Virus record (IMG/VR): IMGVR_UViG_3300030329_004607
Location: 1-52,775 of that record
DNA from: a virus
Taxonomy: Duplodnaviria > Caudoviricetes
DNA length: 52,775 nt
Direction: 5' to 3' (one strand)
The position numbers were made by a program, and so were the translations under genes. This document shows, one piece after another, positions 7,950 through 16,142 of the stretch (position 1 is its first letter; each line of letters begins with the position of its first letter). The notes under the pieces were generated by a model that did no database searches, was not told the origin of the DNA, and saw only the letters and a program-made list of their open reading frames with translations.

Positions 7950-8960
7950 ATGATTGTCTATAAAGTAACAAACTGTGTAAATAATAAAGTTTATATTTGT
8001 GTGTCTGGTTACTCAATAAACCATGCTAAATCTTGTAAGATTTCTGAAGCGATGTCAAAACCAAGAAAAATGAAACTAAAAGATGCCTACACTGGAAAAT
8101 CACCATTCAGTAAAGCAATACTTAGATATGGAGAGCATAATTTTAAATTTGAGCTACTACATAGTCGTGTATCAAAGAAAAGGGCTTATGATTTAAAAAA
8201 GAAATATATCAAAGAGTATGATGCTATGAATCCTAAATATGGATATAATTGTACAACTGGGGGATTGGAATCATTTAAAAATGCAAACCATGTTATTGAT
8301 AGATTAACTGTGGCACATACAGGAAAAAAACAGCCTGATTCTTATGTAAAACTTATGAAAGCAAGGGTGGGAGAGTTAAATCCTTGTTTTGGAATTAAGC
8401 ATTCAAAACAATCACGAGAGAATATGAGGAAGGGACAACTAAACTCCAACTATGTCCAATCAGAGGAAACTAAAAAAAGAAAAAGTGAAACAATGAAAAG
8501 AAGATGGCAAGAGCCAGAGGTTATTAAAAAGATGGCAAAACGTAAAAGGGGAGAGGTAACAGAGGAAACTCGTAAAAAGTTAAGCAAAGCAAGTAGTGGT
8601 AAAAATAATGCTATGTATGGTAAAACAGGAGCATTGAATCCTAATTATGGCAAATCAACCCCTCAGTGGCATAAAGATATAATTTCTAAGAAAAACAAAG
8701 AACATGCAAAAAAGAGAAGAGAGCTTTTAATAAAGAAATATAGCCAAAGAACAGAAAAAAAATGTACGCAGTGCGGTAAGGTTAAATCTGTAAATGATTT
8801 TTATAAAAGCTATAACAATGGCATTGATCCTATTACAGCAAGATGTAAACCTTGTGAAAAAATTAGGACGAGAGAAAAATATTATAGATTGCGATCACCA
8901 AATAAAGTTAAAAATCGTTATGGCAAGTTAATTAAAGACATTATAAAGGAGAATAAGTGA
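7950..8960 (+). CDS. Free-standing GIY-YIG/NUMOD3 homing-endonuclease-like protein, degenerate active site, C-terminal Zn finger
   Basis: IVYKVTN..NNKVYIC, GYN motif, NUMOD3-like SEETKKRKS and TEETRKKLS..GKNNAMYGK repeats, CTQC...CKPC; ATG 7950 follows SD AAGGAG. Confidence 0.8.
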   Translation: MIVYKVTNCVNNKVYICVSGYSINHAKSCKISEAMSKPRKMKLKDAYTGKSPFSKAILRYGEHNFKFELLHSRVSKKRAYDLKKKYIKEYDAMNPKYGYNCTTGGLESFKNANHVIDRLTVAHTGKKQPDSYVKLMKARVGELNPCFGIKHSKQSRENMRKGQLNSNYVQSEETKKRKSETMKRRWQEPEVIKKMAKRKRGEVTEETRKKLSKASSGKNNAMYGKTGALNPNYGKSTPQWHKDIISKKNKEHAKKRRELLIKKYSQRTEKKCTQCGKVKSVNDFYKSYNNGIDPITARCKPCEKIRTREKYYRLRSPNKVKNRYGKLIKDIIKENK

Positions 8961-9232
8961 AAATAATAACTAAAGATACTGCTAGAAAATATATATATGA
9001 AAGTAGTGGGAAAATATTTGCTGCTGTATTTACAAAGAAAAATGGAGAGAAAAGAAAGATGGTATGCAGACAAGGTGTAGCTAAATATGTTACAGGAAAA
9101 GGACTAAAGTTTAAGCCAGAAGAAAGAAATCTCATTGGTGTATTTGATATGCATAAGAAAGCATACAGATTTATCAATGTAAAGACACTACAGTCTCTTA
9201 AAGTGAAAGGCAAAGAATACAAAGTTACTTGA
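8957..9232 (+). CDS. WYL-like / SH3 beta-barrel phage protein (DUF2693-like)
   Basis: F.KKNGE.R.M...VFD..K.AYR pattern. Confidence 0.65.
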   Translation: MKIITKDTARKYIYESSGKIFAAVFTKKNGEKRKMVCRQGVAKYVTGKGLKFKPEERNLIGVFDMHKKAYRFINVKTLQSLKVKGKEYKVT

Positions 9233-9257
9233 GACAATAGTGAGACAAAAGTGATAC
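9230..9257 (+). repeat. Tandem 11-bp direct repeats TGAGACAAWAG (operator candidate)
   Basis: TGAGACAATAG TGAGACAAAAG TGATAC upstream of the RHH gene. Confidence 0.5.
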
Positions 9258-9365
9258 TCTCTTCGATATAAAAAAATATTTAATATATTTATAAAAATAT
9301 TTAGGTGGTATCAAATAATGTAATGTAAATTTTAACATCATCAAAAATGAGATTATAGGAGACTT

Positions 9366-9518
9366 ATGAGAGAAAATAATAATGAAAGGGAATTTTCACA
9401 TTTCCAATTCAAAGTACCGCACAAACTATGGAATAAATTCAAAATAAAGTCCATTAAAGACAATAGCCCTACGTATAGAGAGAAACTTATCGAATTGATA
9501 GAAAACTACGTAGGATAA
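9366..9518 (+). CDS. 50-aa ribbon-helix-helix-like regulator
   Basis: Manual translation ...FSHFQFKVPHKLWNKFKIKS...YREKLIELIENYVG; SD AGGAG. Confidence 0.65.
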   Translation: MRENNNEREFSHFQFKVPHKLWNKFKIKSIKDNSPTYREKLIELIENYVG

Positions 9519-9521
9519 GCT

Positions 9522-10346
9522 ATGTTTGAGGAAATTTATCAAGAATATTTATTACATAAAAACGAAGAAAACAGAAAAAAAAGATATGATGGTAAGGAAA
9601 GCTGGTATCATGCAAGTGGAGCAGGATTCTGTTCTCGCAAACTTTATTATCAATCTGTAGAAAAAGCAAAGCCTACAAATCCTTCAAAAAAAGCAAATAT
9701 GAGAATCATGAGAATGGGAACTTTGATTCATAAAGATTTTGAGGAAGCTTTAATATATTATAATAATATAAATAATAATAATATAAATAAAGAATACTTT
9801 AATACAGTTAATATCGCTGAACAGAGTGCAAAGGAATTTGCGGTGGAAAGGATTGAAAATATAGTAACCGAAGAAGAAATCAAACTACCTGAGTTCAATG
9901 TTAGAGGTTTTTATGATGTACTTTTGCAAACTTCTTCGGCAGACAATCAGAAGGCTAACAGGCTATATGATGTAAAAACAATATCTAATTGGGGATTCAG
10001 ACAGAAATTTAAACCAACAAAAGGATTTTCATCAGAAAATAGAAATCATTTCTTGCAAATTGGGACTTATGGGTTAGCAGTTAAAGAGAAATATGGCTCA
10101 CTAGACAGCATGGGAATTATTTATTATAACAAAGATAATTCTTCAATGCATTCTCAGAGCGTTCCAATGAAATATTTGGACACAGCAAGAAGATATTGGT
10201 TTTCTATTAAAGAAGAGCATGATAAAGGATTACCACCTTTTCAGCTTGGAGTATCACCAGCTTATTTCTGGTGCTGTGAAAAGTATTGTGAGTTTAAAGA
10301 TCACTGCAATCCACCTAACTTTAAAAGAAATAAGGAGATAAGATGA
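9522..10346 (+). CDS. Cas4-like PD-(D/E)XK exonuclease
   Basis: S.AG.C.R, G..D, DVKT, Q...Y and C-terminal C..YC.F...C cluster ligands; lies upstream of the Sak/SSB pair. Confidence 0.8.
   Translation: MFEEIYQEYLLHKNEENRKKRYDGKESWYHASGAGFCSRKLYYQSVEKAKPTNPSKKANMRIMRMGTLIHKDFEEALIYYNNINNNNINKEYFNTVNIAEQSAKEFAVERIENIVTEEEIKLPEFNVRGFYDVLLQTSSADNQKANRLYDVKTISNWGFRQKFKPTKGFSSENRNHFLQIGTYGLAVKEKYGSLDSMGIIYYNKDNSSMHSQSVPMKYLDTARRYWFSIKEEHDKGLPPFQLGVSPAYFWCCEKYCEFKDHCNPPNFKRNKEIR
9747..9831. repeat. Copy B of the duplicated AT-tract plus 35-bp element, inside the exonuclease CDS
   Basis: Same architecture as 2807-2888; encodes low-complexity YYNNINNNNINKEYFNTVNIAEQSA. Confidence 0.7.
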
Positions 10347-10594
10347 GTAAACTAAATGATTTTATGTTGCAATTTGGCGCAGATAAATTCATGCATTTTG
10401 CAGGTGGTGCATGTGTAATGGCTATCACTAACAGTTGGATAATGCTTGGAATAGTGGCGATAGGTAAGGAAATTTACGATTACAAGGATTATGGGCTATT
10501 TAGTAAGGCTGACGTAATTGCTACTGTTTTAGGTGGGCTATTTGCCTATTTTGCAGCAATTTGTTGGAAACTATTACCATTCACATTAGTTTAA
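10343..10594 (+). CDS. YfiM/VanZ-like small membrane protein
   Basis: DK..HF, GKE..D, D...T..GG motifs with TM segments. Confidence 0.65.
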   Translation: MSKLNDFMLQFGADKFMHFAGGACVMAITNSWIMLGIVAIGKEIYDYKDYGLFSKADVIATVLGGLFAYFAAICWKLLPFTLV

Positions 10595-10603
10595 GGAGAT
10601 TTA

Positions 10604-10858
10604 ATGAGAGACTTACCATTAATGTATGGCAGTGGATCAAGGCTAATGATCATTAATATTTATAAAGAGCAGTTAAGTAAGTTTGAGAAAATAGGGTTAG
10701 GTAATTATACTGAGCATAATACTTTAATAACAGAAAAGTTAATTAAAACTACTGAAAAGCGTTTAGCTCAACTATCTACTGCCTATGAGGCATCTTTAAC
10801 GCCAGCTGCTGAACTTTGGAGAAGAAAAAGAGATGAAGGAGAGATGTATGACAGATAA
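10604..10858 (+). CDS. Hypothetical protein, paralog of 13529..13735
   Basis: 84-aa ORF, SD AAGGAG. Confidence 0.7.
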   Translation: MRDLPLMYGSGSRLMIINIYKEQLSKFEKIGLGNYTEHNTLITEKLIKTTEKRLAQLSTAYEASLTPAAELWRRKRDEGEMYDR

Positions 10859-11396
10859 AACAAACTACTTTGTAGAATTAGATAGAGTAGACGTAACAAA
10901 ACACATAGAAAAGAAAGGTAGATTTAGCTACCTTAGTTGGACATTTGCAGTTAGAGAATTAAAAACATTACATCCAACTGCTACTTGGACAATACATGAA
11001 TGGGAAGGTGTTCCGTTCATTAAGACTGAATGTGGCTATTTTGTAAAGGTTACTGTGGACGTAGATGGTATTGAAATGACTCAAGTACATCCAGTTTTAG
11101 ATAATGCAAATAAATCTGTTGAACAGCCAAATGCTTTTCAAATAAATACAAGCATTCAAAGATGCTTAACTAAGGCAATAGCACTACATGGTCTTGGTAT
11201 TCATATTTATGCAGGTGAAGATTTACCTCAAGTAACACCGCTTGATAATTTGCAAAAAAAAGAATTATTTAATGTTTTAGAAACTCGTAAGGCTGATAAA
11301 AAACTTACAGATAAAGTTATAGAACAAATAAATAATGGAACAATAAACCAGAGTAATTATCTTGATGCAATGAAACATTACTCTACAAATGGGTAA
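10848..11396 (+). CDS. sak: Sak-like single-strand annealing protein (DUF1071 type)
   Basis: EKKG..SYLSW..A, PVLD..N, INTSIQRCLTKAIALHGLG..IYAGEDLP. Confidence 0.88.
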   Translation: MTDKTNYFVELDRVDVTKHIEKKGRFSYLSWTFAVRELKTLHPTATWTIHEWEGVPFIKTECGYFVKVTVDVDGIEMTQVHPVLDNANKSVEQPNAFQINTSIQRCLTKAIALHGLGIHIYAGEDLPQVTPLDNLQKKELFNVLETRKADKKLTDKVIEQINNGTINQSNYLDAMKHYSTNG

Positions 11397-11406
11397 GGAG
11401 AAAAAT

Positions 11407-12036
11407 ATGTCAACAATGACTGAAACACTAAAAGATGAGGCTTTATTTATTCCAAGTGAAGCCAATAATTCAAATAATAAACCAGAATATATTCCTAAGA
11501 CATCAGGAGATTATTTAGGTCATATTGTAGATGCTAGAACAATAACAAGGGAATTTCAGAAAGATGGAAGAACCTTTAAAGCACGTATATTTAACTTTAA
11601 AATACATGTTGCACCTGAAAACAAAGGAATGACGTATACTATTACAAGTAGTGATGGTTCAAGCAAAGATGTTACTGGTGAACATTATGTTGATTGGACT
11701 ATAATAGCTGATGGTGTATTTAGATTTTTAGAGCCAGGACATGAAGATTCTTTTGAATCTAATGCAGAGGGAAATAAAAAATACTTAATGTTTTGTGAAT
11801 CTCTTGGCATGGAAATTAAAACTGAAGATAGAACTGTTAATGATCGTACTGTAAGAGTTCAGATTCTTCCAGATTTAAAAGAAGAAGATTTAAATGGTAC
11901 TCCTGTAATTGCTGTTGTTGGACGTGGTAAAGATTGGGTTAATGATGAGGGAAAAACAAGGAGATCATGGAGATGTAAGTTTACTAAAAGATGGGCAGAA
12001 GGAAAGAGGTTACAAACTGATGATCTTCCGTTCTAA
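11407..12036 (+). CDS. Single-stranded DNA-binding protein-like
   Basis: Follows Sak; OB-like pattern, C-terminal DDLPF tail. Confidence 0.7.
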   Translation: MSTMTETLKDEALFIPSEANNSNNKPEYIPKTSGDYLGHIVDARTITREFQKDGRTFKARIFNFKIHVAPENKGMTYTITSSDGSSKDVTGEHYVDWTIIADGVFRFLEPGHEDSFESNAEGNKKYLMFCESLGMEIKTEDRTVNDRTVRVQILPDLKEEDLNGTPVIAVVGRGKDWVNDEGKTRRSWRCKFTKRWAEGKRLQTDDLPF

Positions 12037-12154
12037 TTTAAAAAAGACCATTGCAAGATTTCTTGTTAGAGGTCTTAGACGTAGACCAAATTCTGTTGCA
12101 AAGTTTTTAAACATAAGTAGAGCAACAGTTTATAGGTACATTAAGAATTCGTAA
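12020..12154 (+). CDS. 44-aa helix-turn-helix protein
   Basis: VAKFLNISRATVYRYI, Hin/resolvase-type HTH. Confidence 0.7.
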   Translation: MIFRSNLKKTIARFLVRGLRRRPNSVAKFLNISRATVYRYIKNS

Positions 12155-12155
12155 T

Positions 12156-12423
12156 GCATGATGGTGATCATTTACGCTAATCTTGATTCATGCTAGAGAC
12201 GAATACTGGCTGAAAGTTGCAGTATAAAAACTTCAATATATTTGAGGACTTTTACAAGAGGCATCAGAAAGGGTGTCTTGGTAGAAAGTCTCCGAAGATT
12301 GAAACCTTAACAAGTATTAGTCCTCAATGAAATTTAACAATGAGATGAGCAGGTACGCTTCCTTTATATTGACCTTAATGAGCTATCCGCACAATACCTA
12401 CACAGCTACCTGCTCTATTCTCA
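12156..12423 (+). ncRNA. Structured intergenic RNA candidate (four stem-loops)
   Basis: GCATGA/TCATGC, ATACTG/CAGTAT, TTGAGGACT/AGTCCTCAA and GAGCAGGTA/TACCTGCTC stems. Confidence 0.45.
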
Positions 12424-12558
12424 ATGACTGAAGAATTTTTAGAAATAATAAGAAATCTTTTACGAGAAAATAATGAATTAAAAAAAAGATTGAGTGTAAT
12501 GGAAGAAATATTGCATTCATATTTGCCAATAATAGAAAAGGAGAAAAAAGATGGGTAG
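12424..12558 (+). CDS. 44-aa coiled-coil peptide
   Basis: Manual translation MTEEFLEIIRNLLRENNELKKRLSVMEE...; overlaps the next start. Confidence 0.5.
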   Translation: MTEEFLEIIRNLLRENNELKKRLSVMEEILHSYLPIIEKEKKDG

Positions 12559-12775
12559 AGCAATAGACATGGAAAACAGACAAGATGATTTTGATCGTAG
12601 ATTAAAACTTGTCGAAGGTGCATTAGAAGAACTTGTTCAGACAAAGATACATCATGTAGATTTACATGAGAGCACAAAAGAGGTTCTAAGTAAATCAACT
12701 GAAATAAAGCCAGACGAAACATTTGAAAAACCTAAAGCAAAGAAAAGAGCTAAAGCAAAAGCAGAGAGTGCCTAA
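12551..12775 (+). CDS. Hypothetical protein, basic C-terminus
   Basis: 74-aa ORF, SD AAGGAG. Confidence 0.7.
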   Translation: MGRAIDMENRQDDFDRRLKLVEGALEELVQTKIHHVDLHESTKEVLSKSTEIKPDETFEKPKAKKRAKAKAESA

Positions 12776-12816
12776 AAGTCCAGCACAAAAGATTAGAGAT
12801 TACTTTATAAAGAAAT

Positions 12817-13053
12817 ATGGCAGCACAAAGGATATATTTATTAGAAAAAAAACCTCTGGGAGTATACAGGTGTCAGAGGTGCGGAGAAAACACAAAGAAA
12901 AGTAAATTTATCTGGAAGAGTTGGTTCTCTAATCATGAAAGCATAATATGTAGAGAGTGTGCCTATAAGGAATCATTTGGCACAAAAAATATTAAACAAG
13001 CAAAGAAAGAACGAATACTTGAAACGAAAAGCATTAACCAAAAAAGAGATTGA
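12817..13053 (+). CDS. Zinc-finger protein
   Basis: CQRC...CREC. Confidence 0.6.
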   Translation: MAAQRIYLLEKKPLGVYRCQRCGENTKKSKFIWKSWFSNHESIICRECAYKESFGTKNIKQAKKERILETKSINQKRD

Positions 13054-13228
13054 ACAGGCAATTAACGGACTCAGTAATAATGATCAGTATATTCATAATA
13101 AATTACTACAGATAGATAGTCTTTTTGGCTTATATTTAGAGTACAGAAAAGAAACTGAAAAGTTTAATGAGTACGTCAATTCAAGGGCAAAAGAGTTTGA
13201 GCAAAAACAATCTGAAAATAAAAAGTGA
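13019..13228 (+). CDS. Hypothetical helical protein (TTG start probable)
   Basis: In-operon ORF. Confidence 0.6.
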   Translation: MKRKALTKKEIEQAINGLSNNDQYIHNKLLQIDSLFGLYLEYRKETEKFNEYVNSRAKEFEQKQSENKK

Positions 13229-13586
13229 ACTTGATGTTGTTTACATAGATTCTGGTGGAACTAAACACTTAGAATATAAGAAAGCTTTGTGTGCAGAGGC
13301 ACAAATAGAAGGTTGTAGACAGCGTAAATTAGAACAAAAAAAGAGGATTATGGATATAGTAGACTTAATATTGCGAGTCCTAAAAAGTGAAAATTGGGGA
13401 GTCTTTTATAAGAATCAGCCAATACAACCGCTAGAACTACAGGGTGGTGATTCACTTTACAAGGTGAACCAAGTTGACGAATCTCACGTAGAAGAAATGT
13501 TAAATGAGGCGTTAGCGAAAGGAGAATCTTGGCAGGAATCTTCGCAGACAGATTCGAGTCAGAGCAAGAACTCCATGACTGGTTAA
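13167..13586 (+). CDS. Hypothetical protein
   Basis: 139-aa ORF. Confidence 0.6.
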   Translation: MSTSIQGQKSLSKNNLKIKSELDVVYIDSGGTKHLEYKKALCAEAQIEGCRQRKLEQKKRIMDIVDLILRVLKSENWGVFYKNQPIQPLELQGGDSLYKVNQVDESHVEEMLNEALAKGESWQESSQTDSSQSKNSMTG

Positions 13587-13735
13587 TATCTTTTTATGAG
13601 GGGCAATTAAGAAAGCTCCTAAATGATATTGGTGGCACAACAGAATATGGTGTAAAAATTACACCACGTGTTATCAAGGTCACCATGGACAGGTATTCAC
13701 AGTTATTGGAGAAAGATAATGTTACTGATTGGTGA
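13529..13735 (+). CDS. Hypothetical protein, paralog of 10604..10858
   Basis: TTG start with SD AAGGAG; shared Y..QL.K...G..TE....IT...I..T..R..QL. Confidence 0.65.
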   Translation: MAGIFADRFESEQELHDWLISFYEGQLRKLLNDIGGTTEYGVKITPRVIKVTMDRYSQLLEKDNVTDW

Positions 13736-14627
13736 TTGTTTTAAAAAGATAGATGAAATAGAAGAAAGCTCTGTTCAAGCAATAGTAACCTCACCACCTT
13801 ATTGGGGTCTTCGTGACTATAAGAAGGATGGTCAGTTAGGTGAAGAACTTGTTCCAGAGGATTTTGTAAATAGGCTTACTGCATTTTTTAATAAGTGTAA
13901 ACGTGTTCTTAAAGATGATGGTACTTTGTGGGTGAATATTGGAGATACTTATTTTGGAGCTAAAGGTGGCCATTGGGAGGGTGGTAATTCCATCACTAAC
14001 AATGCTACTGGCGACAATTATAGAATGCACCGAAAAGCACCCCCTAAGCACAGTAGATTGAAGACAAAGGACTTAACTGGTGTACCTTGGATGTTAGCGT
14101 TTTCTCTTCAAAAAGATGGATGGTATTTACGTCAAGATATTATATGGCATAAACCAAATCCAATGCCAGAGGCAGTTAAAGATAGATGTGTTAAATCACA
14201 TGAGTATATTTTCTTACTGTCATTAAAACCAAAATATTACTTTGATTATGAGGCAATACAAGAACCAGCTGTTTACGCTGGTGATAATAGAGCATCAAGG
14301 AAAGATAACAGAAGAGATGAACCTTTAAATTCTCACATGGCAGCCACTTCGCAGCCAGTAAAAGAATTTAGAAATAAAAGAGATGTTTGGTCAATTAATA
14401 CTGCTCAATCTGGTGAAGCACATTTTGCTGTTTTTCCAGAAAAGATTCCTGAGCTTTGCATAAAAGCTGGAACAAGAGAAGGAGACTTAGTTTTAGACCC
14501 TTTTATGGGTAGTGGTACAACTGCAACTGTGGCAAAAAGGTTAAGTAGAAATTGGGTAGGCATAGAACTAAATGAAGAATATGCTAAATTTATTAACACT
14601 AAAACATCACAGGAGGAATTATTTTAA
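13719..14627 (+). CDS. DNA methyltransferase, N4-C/N6-A, beta class
   Basis: Catalytic TSPPY N-terminal, IIW.KPNP, HFA.FP, SAM-binding LDPFMGSGTT C-terminal. Confidence 0.92.
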   Translation: MLLIGDCFKKIDEIEESSVQAIVTSPPYWGLRDYKKDGQLGEELVPEDFVNRLTAFFNKCKRVLKDDGTLWVNIGDTYFGAKGGHWEGGNSITNNATGDNYRMHRKAPPKHSRLKTKDLTGVPWMLAFSLQKDGWYLRQDIIWHKPNPMPEAVKDRCVKSHEYIFLLSLKPKYYFDYEAIQEPAVYAGDNRASRKDNRRDEPLNSHMAATSQPVKEFRNKRDVWSINTAQSGEAHFAVFPEKIPELCIKAGTREGDLVLDPFMGSGTTATVAKRLSRNWVGIELNEEYAKFINTKTSQEELF

Positions 14628-14628
14628 T

Positions 14629-14799
14629 ATGAAAAAGAAATGTTTTAACTGTGAATATACTCTCTATATAAATCCTAATGGCTTATGTAATAAGTGTCAA
14701 AAAATATATGATAAAAAAATAATCAAAGCTCTTAATAAACGTAATCAAAGAAAGACTCCTTACCCTGTTGGATTTGAATATAAAAAGGAGAGAAAATGA
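14629..14799 (+). CDS. Small zinc-finger protein
   Basis: CFNC...CNKC; SD AGGAGG. Confidence 0.55.
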   Translation: MKKKCFNCEYTLYINPNGLCNKCQKIYDKKIIKALNKRNQRKTPYPVGFEYKKERK

Positions 14800-16142
14800 C
14801 AAATAAAGAATTACCAAATGATGTTTCAATAGAAATTGCTGTTGTTGGAGCGGTTATAAGTTATCCTCATAAATATAATGATGTATCAAAATATATAGTA
14901 TCTGATGATGTATGGTATGAGTCTAAATGTAAAAGGCTTTGGAATGTAGTTTCAGGAATGATAAAAAGAAGAGAGCATATTGACCTCATGACTGTAAGTT
15001 CAATGCTTGACGAAGGTGATTACATAAATGGTGTAGACAATGTATTCATTGTTGATTGCATGAATAATTGTGGTCTTGAAAGAACAATAGAGGTGTATGC
15101 TAAAAAGATATATGAAAAATATTTATTACGTCTTGTTGTAAACCATGCAAAAGATATTGAAAAAAATGCAATGGATAATAAAGTTGATGCCCTTGATACA
15201 TTAGTTTCAGCCCATACATCCATAGGAGAATTAATAAATTTAAGACCAGATAATGATTTTGATATTAATGATGCTCTTGGTGATGCAATAGAATCAATAC
15301 AAAATACGGATAAATTATTAATAAAAACTGGCTTTGAAAATGTAGATAAATTTGCAGGTGGACTTACAAGGGGAGAATTAACCATAATTGGTGGTCGTCC
15401 AGGTCATGGTAAATCTACGATGATGTTGAACATGCTTAGCAATGTTCTTTCTACAGATAAAAAAGTCATGTTATTTAATAGAGAGCTTACAAATGTAGAG
15501 GTACTTAAAAAATTAATTGCACTTGAGTCTGGTAAATTATCATATGGAATGATACGTAAAGGTATATATGAAATGGAGCATCTTCAAGAACTTGATAGAG
15601 TACGTGGGTTTATTGCAAAAAAATATAATCCAAATAAATTTAGAATGTATGATAAAATAAGAGACTTTCCAACATCTGCAACAGAAATAAAGAAATTTAA
15701 ACCAGATGTAATATTTGATGACTATATACAATTAATAACTCCAGCTGGAAAAGAAGAGCAAAGAAGGTTACAGCTTGAACGTATTGTTAATGATTATAAA
15801 TGGATTGCAAAAGAATATAATTGTTCAGTAATTTTAGCTTCACAGCTCAACAGGTCATTGGAAACTAGAGGAAATCCAAAACCTCAATTATCAGATTTAG
15901 CAGAAAGTGGAGCAATAGAACAAGTAGCAGAAAATGTATTCTTTGTTTATTATCCATATAAGGTTCAAGCTTCAAAACCAGAAGATAAAAATCACATAAT
16001 GCTTGTTGCTGCTAAAGTTAGATATGGAGAAACAGGGACAATAGACATGTCATATAATGGAGATAAATGCAAAATATATAATAATGATGATGAAATGTTT
16101 GAACAAATAAAAGTAAAGGAATCAGATGAAATCCCCTTTTAG
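14796..16142 (+). CDS. dnaB: DnaB-like replicative helicase
   Basis: Walker A GRPGHGKST, DDYIQL, SQLNR, P.LSDL.ESGAIEQ, K.RYGETG. Confidence 0.95.
   Translation: MTNKELPNDVSIEIAVVGAVISYPHKYNDVSKYIVSDDVWYESKCKRLWNVVSGMIKRREHIDLMTVSSMLDEGDYINGVDNVFIVDCMNNCGLERTIEVYAKKIYEKYLLRLVVNHAKDIEKNAMDNKVDALDTLVSAHTSIGELINLRPDNDFDINDALGDAIESIQNTDKLLIKTGFENVDKFAGGLTRGELTIIGGRPGHGKSTMMLNMLSNVLSTDKKVMLFNRELTNVEVLKKLIALESGKLSYGMIRKGIYEMEHLQELDRVRGFIAKKYNPNKFRMYDKIRDFPTSATEIKKFKPDVIFDDYIQLITPAGKEEQRRLQLERIVNDYKWIAKEYNCSVILASQLNRSLETRGNPKPQLSDLAESGAIEQVAENVFFVYYPYKVQASKPEDKNHIMLVAAKVRYGETGTIDMSYNGDKCKIYNNDDEMFEQIKVKESDEIPF

Noticed and set aside
7840-8960. Group I intron around the GIY-YIG ORF
   Set aside because: Flanking genes are intact and unrelated, the ORF overlaps the next gene's start, and there is no room for an intron core
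9522-10346. Cas4-like gene as evidence of CRISPR-Cas
   Set aside because: No repeat-spacer array or other cas genes seen; its context near Sak/SSB indicates a phage recombination exonuclease
12723-12905. Basic 60-aa ORF overlapping the zinc-finger gene
   Set aside because: Extensive out-of-frame overlap with better-supported ORFs; cannot be supported from the sequence alone
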